Assembly (NCBI GenBank): GCA_963733095.1
Contig: CAVTBV010000013.1
Coordinates: 320,001 to 384,000 of the forward strand
DNA from: Candidatus Bathyarchaeota archaeon
GTDB lineage: Archaea > Thermoproteota > Bathyarchaeia > Bathyarchaeales > Bathycorpusculaceae
DNA: 64,000 nucleotides
Direction: 5' to 3'
The translations under genes were made by a program, and so were the position numbers. Positions 9,106-18,272 of the stretch are shown here, one piece after another. The notes under the pieces are model-generated. The model was not told the DNA's origin and ran no database searches. It worked only from the letters and a program-made list of their open reading frames with translations. Positions within the stretch are counted from its first letter, which is position 1; the number at the start of each line of letters is the position of its first letter.

Positions 9106-9351
9106 TTGAAAAAATCCACATTCAGGCGATATAGAGTAGCCATCATTTTTTTATTTGCTCTAGCAGCGGTTTCAATCTATATTCTTGTCTCAATTAGCGG
9201 TAAACTACCACAACCAATGGATCTAACGATTGAAGGTCCTAATGGTGTATTCACCGTGACAGCTACCGGAATTGCAGAACAGATTATAGCGCCTATTCTT
9301 GGAATCTGTACAGGTGTCTCTTTCATAATAGCCACTATAAGAAAAAAGTAA
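9106..9351 (+). CDS. Small two-TM membrane protein
   Basis: Two hydrophobic helices; GGAGG SD before TTG. Confidence 0.65.
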   Translation: MKKSTFRRYRVAIIFLFALAAVSIYILVSISGKLPQPMDLTIEGPNGVFTVTATGIAEQIIAPILGICTGVSFIIATIRKK

Positions 9352-9431
9352 ACAAGAGATTACAAAATTAACTTCCTTTTTTTTGAGTAACAATCTATCT
9401 TAGCCAAAATAAGTGAGAAAACTTAGAATTA

Positions 9432-9761
9432 TTAAGTTGCATAATCGATTTTTCTGTTTCTTTCAGCCTCTTGTTGCTGCTTAAGTATTTCATTACGGTT
9501 CAACCTTAAATCATAAAAGTACACTGGAAGCCCAACTGAAAATAATAATGTGCCGGACATTAAAACAATTAAATTTTTGAAGGTGCCAAAAAAGATATAA
9601 TTCATAGCACCATAAGGCAAAAAGAAACAACCAATTGTGAACATAATTAACGCTAAAATTCCTATTTCGTCTATTCTGTCTTTTCCCAACTTCAAAAACA
9701 AAGTTATCCCTGTATTGTTGAGGGTGCTTCTATTATGAACTATTTTTGGCTCAAACAACAA
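9432..9761 (-). CDS. Small two-TM membrane protein (start uncertain)
   Basis: Two hydrophobic segments and charged tail. Confidence 0.5.
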   Translation of the reverse strand: MLFEPKIVHNRSTLNNTGITLFLKLGKDRIDEIGILALIMFTIGCFFLPYGAMNYIFFGTFKNLIVLMSGTLLFSVGLPVYFYDLRLNRNEILKQQQEAERNRKIDYAT

Positions 9762-9781
9762 ACGGCAGCTGTAATGTAGAG

Positions 9782-9851
9782 AGTTGAGGGGTTGCAGCTG
9801 TCCAATCAGAACTCCCTTTTCCCCCCTAAATACTTGTGCAACCCCTCAACT
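9782..9851. repeat. Perfect 15-bp inverted repeat with 40-nt spacer
   Basis: agttgaggggttgca (9782-9796) / tgcaacccctcaact (9837-9851). Confidence 0.9.
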
Positions 9852-10127
9852 TAACCAATAATCAGCCAAGTTAGCATAGAAGCTTTTAGCCAAAATCACT
9901 ATTCGCGAACTTTTCCGAGTAATTATTACAGAAATAAGGGGTTAATTTATTAGAATGACAACCTTTCACTTCTTAAAGTAAATAGGTGAGTAATTGAGAA
10001 TACAAATGCAAACTGTGTACTTGCTATCTCCCATGACAAAAAAGTATACAAGCTTTAGTAAGCTCGGAGCTATGTATATCAAGGTATTCGCCATTTTACT
10101 GACGAAAGACTTAGTGAAGGGATTGCT

Positions 10128-10691
10128 TTGAAAAGTATGGTAGAGTTTAGATGGCATGGTAGAGGTGGACAAGGCGCTTGGACAGCCAGCGAACTTTTGG
10201 CAAGAACAGCTCTTGACGAGGGCAAGTACATTCAATCTTTCCCAGAGTTCGGGCCCGAACGAATGGGTGCGCCAGTGACTGCATTTACAAGAATCAGCAC
10301 TGAACCAATACGGTTACATTGTGCAATCTATGATCCAGATGTTGTGGTAGTTTTAGACAGCACACTGCTAAAAACTGTTCCAGTAACCGCTGGATTAAAT
10401 CGCGACGAAGATTTATTAATCATTAATTCCAGTGAGAATCCAGCGGTTTTGAAAGAAAACCTGCGAGTAACCAAGGGCAAAGTTTGGACGGTTCCAGCAA
10501 CCGAAATTGCTCTTAGGATTTTAGGTGCTCCAATCACAAACACAGCGCTGTTAGGCGTCGTTGCCAAAGCAACTGGAATCGTGTCTTTAGAGGGCATAGA
10601 GAAAACTCTGAAAGGACGTTTCAGACGTGATTTAGCTGAGAAAAACTTTGCAGTTATACAAGAAGCGTACCAAGAGGCAAAAGTTGAATGA
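10128..10691 (+). CDS. porG: Pyruvate/2-oxoacid:ferredoxin oxidoreductase gamma subunit
   Basis: EFRWHGRGGQGAWT, FGPERMGAPV. Confidence 0.92.
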   Translation: MKSMVEFRWHGRGGQGAWTASELLARTALDEGKYIQSFPEFGPERMGAPVTAFTRISTEPIRLHCAIYDPDVVVVLDSTLLKTVPVTAGLNRDEDLLIINSSENPAVLKENLRVTKGKVWTVPATEIALRILGAPITNTALLGVVAKATGIVSLEGIEKTLKGRFRRDLAEKNFAVIQEAYQEAKVE

Positions 10692-10972
10692 GTAGTAAAG
10701 AAAAAACTTGGAAAGAAATCTCCATTGCAGGAGTCTGCCCTAAATCAAGCGTTGGATTTATGACTGGCGACTGGAAAACTTACATGCCTGTGCGTGACCT
10801 CGAAAAATGCACAGTTTGCTTAACTTGCACTATGTTTTGTCCAGAAGGCGCAATCGACTGGAGACCTGAACTTGGAAAAATCGATTTTAACTTCAGCTTC
10901 TGCAAAGGCTGCGGAATATGCGCCAACGAATGCCCGACTAAAGCAATAACGATGAAAATACCTGAGGAATAA
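10688..10972 (+). CDS. porD: 2-oxoacid:ferredoxin oxidoreductase delta subunit (2x[4Fe-4S])
   Basis: TGDWKT..P; CTVCLTC..CP and CKGCGICANECP. Confidence 0.92.
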   Translation: MSSKEKTWKEISIAGVCPKSSVGFMTGDWKTYMPVRDLEKCTVCLTCTMFCPEGAIDWRPELGKIDFNFSFCKGCGICANECPTKAITMKIPEE

Positions 10973-10976
10973 GAAA

Positions 10977-12212
10977 ATGGCAAACACCCAAGTTAAACAA
11001 GAAACCATGGGATTGAACGGCGATGAAGCAGTTGCGTTAGCTGCCAAACAATGTAACGTTGATGTGGTAGCCGCTTACCCAATTACACCTCAAACAATAA
11101 TAGTGGAAAAATTCAGTGAATATGTCGCAAACGGAGAAGTCCAAACAGAGTTTGTCTGCACCGAATCCGAACACAGCGCCCTGACTGCATGCATAGCGGC
11201 CGGTGCAACAGGTGCACGAACCTTCACCGCAAGTGCTTCAGCAGGATTAGCCTTGATGCACGAAATGCTCTTCGTCACTTCAGGCTCTCGAGTGCCCGTT
11301 GTGATGGCAGTTGCAAACCGTGCTTTATCTTCCCCGCTAAACATTCACGGTGACCAATCAGACAGCATGGCTGCACGGGATAGTGGATGGATACAGGTTT
11401 ACGTCGAAAATGCGCAGGAAGCCTACGACTCCATTATTCAAGCCTTTAAAATCGCGGAGGATTTTGGCGTATCTTTGCCGTTGATTGTAGGCTTAGACGG
11501 CTTCACTCTTAGTCATTCGCTTGAAAAAGTAAGTGTTCTTCCCGACGAGTTAGTTACCCAGTTTGTCGGTGAACGGCAACTGCCAAATGTCCTAACTCAC
11601 GAAGGCAAAACTGCACCATTCAAGTTAGACCCCGCCAACCCCATGACCATGGGGCCAGTAGCTTTCCAAAACTACTATTTTGAGTTCAAACGTCAACAGG
11701 AAGAAGGCATGAAAAACGCGTTGAAGAGGATACAGGAAGTCAACAGTGAATACGCCAAAATCAGCGGAAGAAGCTACGGAAACGGCTTAATAGATGGCTA
11801 CAAAATCTCTGACGCAGAACTCATTGTAGTTTGCGTTGGTTCAACATCAGGAACGCTTAAGGTAATCGTTGATGAACTACGCTCTGAAGGTGTAAAAGCG
11901 GGACTTTTGCGGTTACGTACCTTCAGACCCCTTCCAGTTGAAGAATTGCAGAATGCATTAAAGAATTCTAAAGCTGTTGCAGTCATGGACAAAAGCATGA
12001 GTTTCGGAGGTTATGGTGGCGCAGTTTTTCATGAAGTTCGCCATGCACTCTACGATACAAAGCCGCATCCGCCAATCATAAACTACATCTACGGTTTAGG
12101 CGGAAGAGACCATAGCCCCAGTGAACTTCGCAAAGTATTCAATGACCTGATGTCCATCATCAAAACCGGGAACGTAGATACCCAAGTGCGCTATTTGGGA
12201 TTGAGGGAGTAA
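10977..12212 (+). CDS. porA: 2-oxoacid:ferredoxin oxidoreductase alpha subunit
   Basis: AAYPITPQT, ESEHSA, ANRA. Confidence 0.93.
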   Translation: MANTQVKQETMGLNGDEAVALAAKQCNVDVVAAYPITPQTIIVEKFSEYVANGEVQTEFVCTESEHSALTACIAAGATGARTFTASASAGLALMHEMLFVTSGSRVPVVMAVANRALSSPLNIHGDQSDSMAARDSGWIQVYVENAQEAYDSIIQAFKIAEDFGVSLPLIVGLDGFTLSHSLEKVSVLPDELVTQFVGERQLPNVLTHEGKTAPFKLDPANPMTMGPVAFQNYYFEFKRQQEEGMKNALKRIQEVNSEYAKISGRSYGNGLIDGYKISDAELIVVCVGSTSGTLKVIVDELRSEGVKAGLLRLRTFRPLPVEELQNALKNSKAVAVMDKSMSFGGYGGAVFHEVRHALYDTKPHPPIINYIYGLGGRDHSPSELRKVFNDLMSIIKTGNVDTQVRYLGLRE

Positions 12213-12225
12213 GGAGGAAAACAAG

Positions 12226-13188
12226 TTGACTACACAAGAATGGAGATTTACAGCAAAGGACATCGCTTCAAAACCTGACCTGTTCTTATCAGGACATCGT
12301 GCCTGTGCAGGCTGTGGACCCGCAGCTGCCCTGCGTTTGATAATGAAGGCTACCCGTGGACCTACAATCGTAACTCAAGCAACAGGTTGCATGGAGGTAG
12401 TTTCTTCAATCTACCCCTACACCTCTTGGGCTGTACCGTGGTTACATACGGCTTTCGAGAACGCTGCCGCAAACGCTTCAGGTATCGACGCCGCCCTAAA
12501 AGCCCTGCGTAGGAAAGGTCAAATCAAAGAACATATCGACATTATTGCGTTTGCAGGCGATGGCGGAACCTACGACATTGGCTTGCAAGCATTGTCGGGC
12601 GCGGTGGAACGTGGACATGACTTTCTCTTTATACTCTATGACAACGAAGGCTACATGAACACTGGCATCCAACGTAGCAGTTCAACCCCCCTCGGCGCCG
12701 CAACAACCACGACCCCTGCAGGCTCCGTGATTCCAGGCAAACTGGAGAAGAAAAAACCGATAACTGAAATCATGCTCGCCCACGAAATGGAATACGTCGC
12801 AACCGCAACCCCCTACTACTGGAAAGACATGCTCACCAAAGTCCGCAAAGGACTAGAAGTCGAAGGCCCCGCATTCCTTCACGTGTTTGCTCCTTGCCCC
12901 CGTGGCTGGAGAAGCGAACCCGCAAAAACAATGGAATACAGCAAACTAGCGGTTGAGTCATGTGTGTTTCCAATCTGGGAAGCCGTCAACGGCAAACGAA
13001 CCCTCTCAATACCCAGCAAACTCATCGCATTAGCACCGCAGAAAAAAAAACCTGTCAAAGCATACCTTGAAGGACAAGGCAGATTCCGCCACCTCTTCAC
13101 ACCAAAGAACTCACAAATAATCGACCAAATCCAACAAACCACTGACGAACGCTGGCAACGTCTCCTCAAAAAATGCGAGTTCCCCTAA
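12226..13188 (+). CDS. porB: 2-oxoacid:ferredoxin oxidoreductase beta subunit (TPP-binding)
   Basis: GHRACAGCG, GDGGTYDIG..DNEGYMNTG, APCPRGW. Confidence 0.93.
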   Translation: MTTQEWRFTAKDIASKPDLFLSGHRACAGCGPAAALRLIMKATRGPTIVTQATGCMEVVSSIYPYTSWAVPWLHTAFENAAANASGIDAALKALRRKGQIKEHIDIIAFAGDGGTYDIGLQALSGAVERGHDFLFILYDNEGYMNTGIQRSSSTPLGAATTTTPAGSVIPGKLEKKKPITEIMLAHEMEYVATATPYYWKDMLTKVRKGLEVEGPAFLHVFAPCPRGWRSEPAKTMEYSKLAVESCVFPIWEAVNGKRTLSIPSKLIALAPQKKKPVKAYLEGQGRFRHLFTPKNSQIIDQIQQTTDERWQRLLKKCEFP

Positions 13189-13375
13189 CTTTCCTTTATT
13201 TTTGTATAGTTTTATATTAAATATGGACTTTAGGTCTTTTTAGTTTTTTTAGAGCATGTTAACCCTTGGAAAACGACGTGCTAATGGGTTGGTTTAATGC
13301 CTAGATTAAGTGGGAACATAGTATTTTCAGTAAGTTGTATTTGCAAAAGTTTTTTGTTAGTGTTGGGTTTTTTGG

Positions 13376-13486
13376 TTGGTTATGTGTGTTGGCTGTCCAC
13401 TTGCCATCCGTATCGAGGAGAAAGGAGAAGGCTTCGAAAACGGAAAATTGTTTTGGCGTGGTGGTGTAGCCTTCAACCCTAACCAA
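13376..13486 (+). ncRNA. Long irregular hairpin with AGAAAGGAGAAGG apical loop (candidate sRNA)
   Basis: Nested pairings ttggtta/taaccaa, ggctg/tagcc, ccac/gtgg, gcca/tggc, tccgt/acgga, tcgagg/cttcga. Confidence 0.45.
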
Positions 13487-13569
13487 TCCTCCAATCACTA
13501 ACAAGACTTAAGATAATGTGATTAAAATATATGGCTTATGAAAAGAGAATCAGGAGTACAAATACTGAT

Positions 13570-14133
13570 TTAGCCTACAGCCAACGCGCCTTCGAGAATG
13601 CTTCGTTCAGAAACTTCAAGCTGCTTTGAGAGCCATGTCTTGAGTATTGCTGAGAACTCTGGAAGTGCTCCGCTGTAGATGATTATTTGGTTGCCTTTGA
13701 GGGCATTGGCTTGGAAGACTTTTTCGTATTCTTTGAAGCTAAAGGAGAGGGTTTGGGCTCTGAAGGCTAGATTTTGGAAGTCTTCCCATTGTTTGCACCT
13801 TAAAACTATGGACTGAGTGCCCGCCACCAACTCGGTAACTGCAGGTGCTTCAGGACTTTGTTGTTCCTTAACAGCAATTGCACATAGTTGTGCTTCTTTG
13901 GGGGCGTTGGATAACTGTCCGATTAGGCTTGTGACTTCTTTTTGTAAGGCATCTATTTTTCCTTCCACTTTCTCGACTTTGCCGGTTAATTCGCTGGTGT
14001 CTCCCATCTGTTCGGTAACGGTTGCCAGCTCGCTTATGAGTTTGTCGAGGTCTTTTTCGTGCTCTTTGAGGACGTTTACTATGAAGTCTAAGGCCTCTAA
14101 GGCATCGTCTTTTGATTGTGGACTTTTTGCCAA
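13570..14133 (-). CDS. Coiled-coil hypothetical protein
   Basis: Heptad-like N-half, small alpha/beta C-domain. Confidence 0.8.
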   Translation of the reverse strand: MAKSPQSKDDALEALDFIVNVLKEHEKDLDKLISELATVTEQMGDTSELTGKVEKVEGKIDALQKEVTSLIGQLSNAPKEAQLCAIAVKEQQSPEAPAVTELVAGTQSIVLRCKQWEDFQNLAFRAQTLSFSFKEYEKVFQANALKGNQIIIYSGALPEFSAILKTWLSKQLEVSERSILEGALAVG

Positions 14134-14293
14134 GTTATTCTACCCCACCGTTTAGTACTTTGTTGTGGTTGTTGATAGATAAAGCTAGCGAATTGTCAAA
14201 TAGTATCGTTGCAACGCTTCGACCGTATTGATTGGCAATACTTAATACTTAATAGGGTTGTGGATGCGCTCAACAACAAAACACAAAAACAAC

Positions 14294-15088
14294 CTAAATC
14301 CTAACTCTCCTACGAGCAAACACCCCAAAACCAACCACAACCGCCACCAAACAAACCCCAACCAAAACCCACCAAACATTTCCCAACGAAAAACCAGAAA
14401 CTGACGCCCCAGACACCTGCTGATCACTCTCCGGCAAAGTAACATTGGTTGGCGCAACAGTCGGCTCAACAATTGTCGAGTTGATTGTTGGGTCGGGAGT
14501 TGAGGTTAGTTGCTGTTGAGTTGGCTGTGGGGAAGGCTGGGTTATCGGGATATCTGTTGATGGCCGAAACTGCTGGAACGCGCTTAGACTTGGGGTTCCA
14601 GCTATGGCGACGCTGAGGATTTGGGTGCCCAGGGCTATTTGGGTAATCATGGATATCCATAGGTTGCCGTTAGAGTCGGGAACAACCAAACGCAGCGTCT
14701 CAGAAAGCGGTAAGCCACCTAAGTCGTAGGCAACTATCACATCTGGGCGCAGTGCCATTTCTATCGGGATGCTGACAGAGTATCCGTCTTGGGCTTTAAA
14801 ATCAACCAATGTTGCAGAGGGATCCAAGCCCGCCACGTTTAGTAGGTCGGAGAGTTTTACGCCTTCCCATTCCCCACTTGAAATTGGGACGCCGTAGCAT
14901 TTGAGATCGGCGTAGACGGTGGTTTTGGGCATGGCTAGTAGGTCTTGGTAGGTGAGGCTGGTGGTTGATGAGGTGAGGTTTGTTATTTGCAAGGTCCACT
15001 GGGTTTGTGCGGAGGCTACTGCTGTGGTTGCGAGTGGGATGGTTAGTAGGGCTAAAATGAGGCTTGTTGCGGGAATTTTGTTTTTCGT
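14294..15088 (-). CDS. Surface-anchored molybdopterin-dependent oxidoreductase (sulfite oxidase/MsrP-like fold); probable ACG start
   Basis: DLKCYG..GEWEGVKLSDLL..DGYSVSIP..LRLVVP..GNLW; Pro/Thr linker and C-terminal TM. Frame extends 32 codons upstream of 14992 to ACG 7 nt after GGAGG, adding signal peptide (M)KNKIPATSLILALLTIPLATTAVASA. Confidence 0.8.
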   Translation of the reverse strand, partial: TKNKIPATSLILALLTIPLATTAVASAQTQWTLQITNLTSSTTSLTYQDLLAMPKTTVYADLKCYGVPISSGEWEGVKLSDLLNVAGLDPSATLVDFKAQDGYSVSIPIEMALRPDVIVAYDLGGLPLSETLRLVVPDSNGNLWISMITQIALGTQILSVAIAGTPSLSAFQQFRPSTDIPITQPSPQPTQQQLTSTPDPTINSTIVEPTVAPTNVTLPESDQQVSGASVSGFSLGNVWWVLVGVCLVAVVVGFGVFARRRVRI

Positions 15089-15105
15089 TTGTTTTCCTCC
15101 CTAAA

Positions 15106-15121
15106 TATGACGCGCGTCATA
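15106..15121. promoter_or_regulatory. Perfect 16-bp palindrome between TATA box and SD (putative operator)
   Basis: tatgacgcgcgtcata; minus-strand tataaaag immediately upstream. Confidence 0.65.
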
Positions 15122-15186
15122 CCTTTTATACCTTTACTAAAACCCCGAAAAACCAACTGAAAACCAAAAAACACAAACCCAGCTAA

Positions 15187-16197
15187 TCAAACCAGCTTTA
15201 ACTTTTCCTTAAAAACTGTCCGCACATCCTCAACAGCATTCCCACCCTCAATCAGCCCAAACCTATCCAAAAAAGCCAAAACATCCTCAAAACTAACCTT
15301 AACACTTGAACTATTAGCTAAACCCAGCAAGAAACCCTCAAGCGCCAAACGCTCCCTCCCACTGTCCTTCTCATCGATAACCCTAGCAAACAACAGATCA
15401 TTCAACGTGTAATAAGCACCAATCACAGTCTTCGCAATATCAAAATCACCCTTTCCATTATCCTCGGGTTTTAGGTTGTCAAAGTACTCATAGATCGTTT
15501 TTAGGATGGCGTAGGCTTCTTTGGAGGTTTCTTTGGGAACCTGTCGTTTGATGGCTGCGGAGAGGTTGGAGAAGTCTACATTCAGGGGCGCAAGGGTTTG
15601 TTCATCAAAGCTCAGGATGCCGCCTAAACCTTCCGCGGCGCTTTCGAGGCTTGCCCAATCAATCCGTTTCCCATGCAGCCTCATCAAAACATCGAAGCAC
15701 AAATCCACAGCGCCCATTGAAGCGTCAATTGCGGTGGTGAGGTCGCTTTTTCTTTGCCTGGCTTTTTCGGTTCCCTCATCTGTTTTGGTCTGATCTACAA
15801 GTAAAGCTTGAATCTGTTCACGCAGTGAATCAAATGACTCAGACTTCTTCTTTAGAACAAAAGCGTAAACCACACCATTCCAAGTTACGCTTAAGTCGTT
15901 GCTGCCGAAGCTTTCAACGCTCCCTATATCCGCTATGGGTATTTCTTTGAGGAGCACCCAACGTTTTTTTGGGAAGCCTTTTGCAGCAAAAAACTTGATG
16001 ATGTTGTCGGTAAGTTCGTATTTGTCTATGGCGAGTCCTTTGGGTTTTGGTTTGGGCTTGGCTGTTTTCTCTTGGATTGGCTGGGTTTCTTTCCGGCGTC
16101 CAAACATCAACGGGAACGCTATGGTGGTGATTGCTGGAGCAAAAGTGAAATCAGTGCTTTTTGATTGAAAGTCGATTGGGTGCTGTTTATTTTTCAT
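15187..16197 (-). CDS. Hypothetical protein (PH-like N-domain plus helical domain); true start probably MFGRRK
   Basis: Long ORF with protein-like composition. Confidence 0.75.
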   Translation of the reverse strand: MKNKQHPIDFQSKSTDFTFAPAITTIAFPLMFGRRKETQPIQEKTAKPKPKPKGLAIDKYELTDNIIKFFAAKGFPKKRWVLLKEIPIADIGSVESFGSNDLSVTWNGVVYAFVLKKKSESFDSLREQIQALLVDQTKTDEGTEKARQRKSDLTTAIDASMGAVDLCFDVLMRLHGKRIDWASLESAAEGLGGILSFDEQTLAPLNVDFSNLSAAIKRQVPKETSKEAYAILKTIYEYFDNLKPEDNGKGDFDIAKTVIGAYYTLNDLLFARVIDEKDSGRERLALEGFLLGLANSSSVKVSFEDVLAFLDRFGLIEGGNAVEDVRTVFKEKLKLV

Positions 16198-16283
16198 AAC
16201 TATCTATTCTTTCTTAGGGCTCTTTTGTTTATAAATTGATGCATAGATTAACCGATGCGTCCAATCGGGCTGTTGCTGAGAAA

Positions 16284-16571
16284 TTAACGTGGGTTCCAAA
16301 CACATTTGATGGCTTTTGCTTCACAAGCCAAAATGCAGGGGGTGTTGTTGGTTACGGGTTTGCAGGCGGCGCAGGTGTACTTTATTTTTTTTCGGTGTTC
16401 CTCTGCGATGGCTGCAACGGTTTTGTCTTCAAGGTCGATGAATTCGGTTTGCAGTTTAAGGGCTGTTTGGGGACATTTTTGTGTGCATTTACCACAGCCG
16501 CTGCATTTGTCAGAGTCTATTACGATGAAGTATTCGCCTGAACCGTCACTATAGCCATAGTACGTAATCAC
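16284..16571 (-). CDS. Ferredoxin of the type found in bzd benzoyl-CoA reductase clusters
   Basis: GTG start MITYYGYSDGSGEYFIVIDSDKCSGCGKCTQKCP; second cluster CAAC..PCILAC. Confidence 0.85.
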   Translation of the reverse strand: MITYYGYSDGSGEYFIVIDSDKCSGCGKCTQKCPQTALKLQTEFIDLEDKTVAAIAEEHRKKIKYTCAACKPVTNNTPCILACEAKAIKCVWNPR

Positions 16572-16575
16572 GGTA

Positions 16576-17481
16576 TCAGCTGCCCTTTTGTGCCTTATCA
16601 TAGAGCGCTTTGGCCAACAACGCTGCGCCCAATGCTCCCGCGACCATGGGGTCTAAAGCTCCTTCCTCCCGCCAATTGGGCGTTGGAAGACACTTTACGC
16701 CAAGAATAACTTCAATTCTGCTCACGATACCGATGTTCTTTGATTGCCCGCCCGTGACAACCAATTCCCGCTCCAAGCCTACCCGGTTGATTAAGTTAGC
16801 CATACGAACCGCCATCGCCCGGGTGTAGGCAGCTAAAACTTTTTCTCTTGTCCAACCCTTACGTAGCAAACCCATGGCTTCCGTCTTTGCGAAGGCGACA
16901 CATGTGCAACTAACTGGTTCAGGTTCTTTTTCCACTTTTAAGGATATGTCGCCGATTTCTTCGATGGGAATCTGCAGTAAATCTGCGAAGACTTCCATGC
17001 CTCTGCCTGTTCCAGCTGCGCATTTGTCGTTCATAAGGAAGGAGACAACTCTGCCTGTTTCGTCGATGCGGATGGCTTTGATGTCTTGTCCGCCGACGTC
17101 AAGGACTGTTCGGACGGTGGGTCCCCAAATGTAGTTGGCGCCTTTTGCGTGGCAAGCGATTTCGGTTATGGCTTTATTTGCCATGGGCACGTTTACGCGT
17201 CCATATCCTGTGCCAACTATGTATTTGAGGTCGCTGACTTTGAGCCCTGTGCCTTCGAGGGCATAGTTGAGTGCTTTTGTTGCGCTTTCAGGACTGTTGG
17301 CGCCTGTGCGGGTAATCCCCCAACTGTAAGCTTCGCCGTTAACCATTACGGCAGCTTTAGAGCCCACTGAACCCACATCGACACCTGCAGTGATTATGTC
17401 TTTGTTGGTCCATTTCTTGTTCGGCATTATGCGATGGTATTCTTTCCAACGCCAGAATTCTGCTGGTTTTGTGCTGCTCAT
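16576..17481 (-). CDS. BzdQ/BcrA-like ASKHA ATPase activase subunit
   Basis: EFWRW N-terminal extension, AGVDVGS, EIACHAKG, DVGGQDIK, MNDKCAAGTG. Confidence 0.85.
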   Translation of the reverse strand: MSSTKPAEFWRWKEYHRIMPNKKWTNKDIITAGVDVGSVGSKAAVMVNGEAYSWGITRTGANSPESATKALNYALEGTGLKVSDLKYIVGTGYGRVNVPMANKAITEIACHAKGANYIWGPTVRTVLDVGGQDIKAIRIDETGRVVSFLMNDKCAAGTGRGMEVFADLLQIPIEEIGDISLKVEKEPEPVSCTCVAFAKTEAMGLLRKGWTREKVLAAYTRAMAVRMANLINRVGLERELVVTGGQSKNIGIVSRIEVILGVKCLPTPNWREEGALDPMVAGALGAALLAKALYDKAQKGS

Positions 17482-18263
17482 TTCTGTGCCCCCTTTGCGC
17501 GTGTAGCAGCAATTAAAGCGGCGCCCAATGCTCCCGTGTATTCGGGGTTTTCTGGAATTGTAACGTTCATGCCTAATTTGCGGTTTAATGATGCTATAAA
17601 ACCGGGGTCTTTAGCAACGCCGCCGACCAATACGACTTCTGGGTTTATTCCTAAGCGGTGAATCATGGAGGAAATGCGGTCTGCCATTGCGTCGTAGACT
17701 GCACGGGCGATTTCGGGTTTGGATTCTTGGCGATGGATAAGAGAAACCACGTCTGATTCTCCGAATATGACGCAGGAAGCGTTGATGGGGCTTGCACGCT
17801 CCGCCTTGAGTGATAGTGGACCCATATCTTCCGTTTTGACTTCTAATGCTCTTGCCATGGCTTCGATGAATGCTCCTGCACCGGCGGCGCAGCGTTCGTT
17901 GACGACGAAGTCAGCCATGATGCCTTTTTCGTCGCATTTTACTGCTCTTGCCTCTTCGGCGCCGACATCTATGATTGTTCGGGCATTTGGGACGAGATAT
18001 ACGCCTGCTTTTGCGTCTGCGCTCATCATGCTTACAGTGCCGTTTGCGTAGGGCGCCATATCCATGGCTGAACCGGTCGCCGCAAAATACGATATGTCGG
18101 ATAATTGGAGGTTGGCTTTGTTTAAGGCTTCTTCCACTGCTTGTTCAGCAGCTTTGGTTGGGTCAAACCCGCAGAAGGCTTGTCCCCTTCCTGAAACAAC
18201 GCCGTCTTTGAGGATTACTGCTTTAACTCTTTGCGTTCCTAAATCCATACCAACAGTGTTCAT
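17478..18263 (-). CDS. BzdP/BcrD-like ASKHA ATPase activase subunit
   Basis: GMDLGT, DVGAEEAR, NERCAAGAG, ASCVIFGESDVVSL. Confidence 0.85.
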   Translation of the reverse strand: MNTVGMDLGTQRVKAVILKDGVVSGRGQAFCGFDPTKAAEQAVEEALNKANLQLSDISYFAATGSAMDMAPYANGTVSMMSADAKAGVYLVPNARTIIDVGAEEARAVKCDEKGIMADFVVNERCAAGAGAFIEAMARALEVKTEDMGPLSLKAERASPINASCVIFGESDVVSLIHRQESKPEIARAVYDAMADRISSMIHRLGINPEVVLVGGVAKDPGFIASLNRKLGMNVTIPENPEYTGALGAALIAATRAKGAQK

Positions 18264-18272
18264 ACATTCACC

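Larger units (their letters stand above)
1..9851. mobile_element. Right portion of an integrated archaeal plasmid/provirus-like element (left end outside window, right boundary approximate)
   Basis: MCM-like helicase followed by a dense run of short orphan, HTH, RHH and Zn-finger ORFs on both strands; AT-rich; switches to core por operon at 10128. No att site or integrase seen here. Confidence 0.7.
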
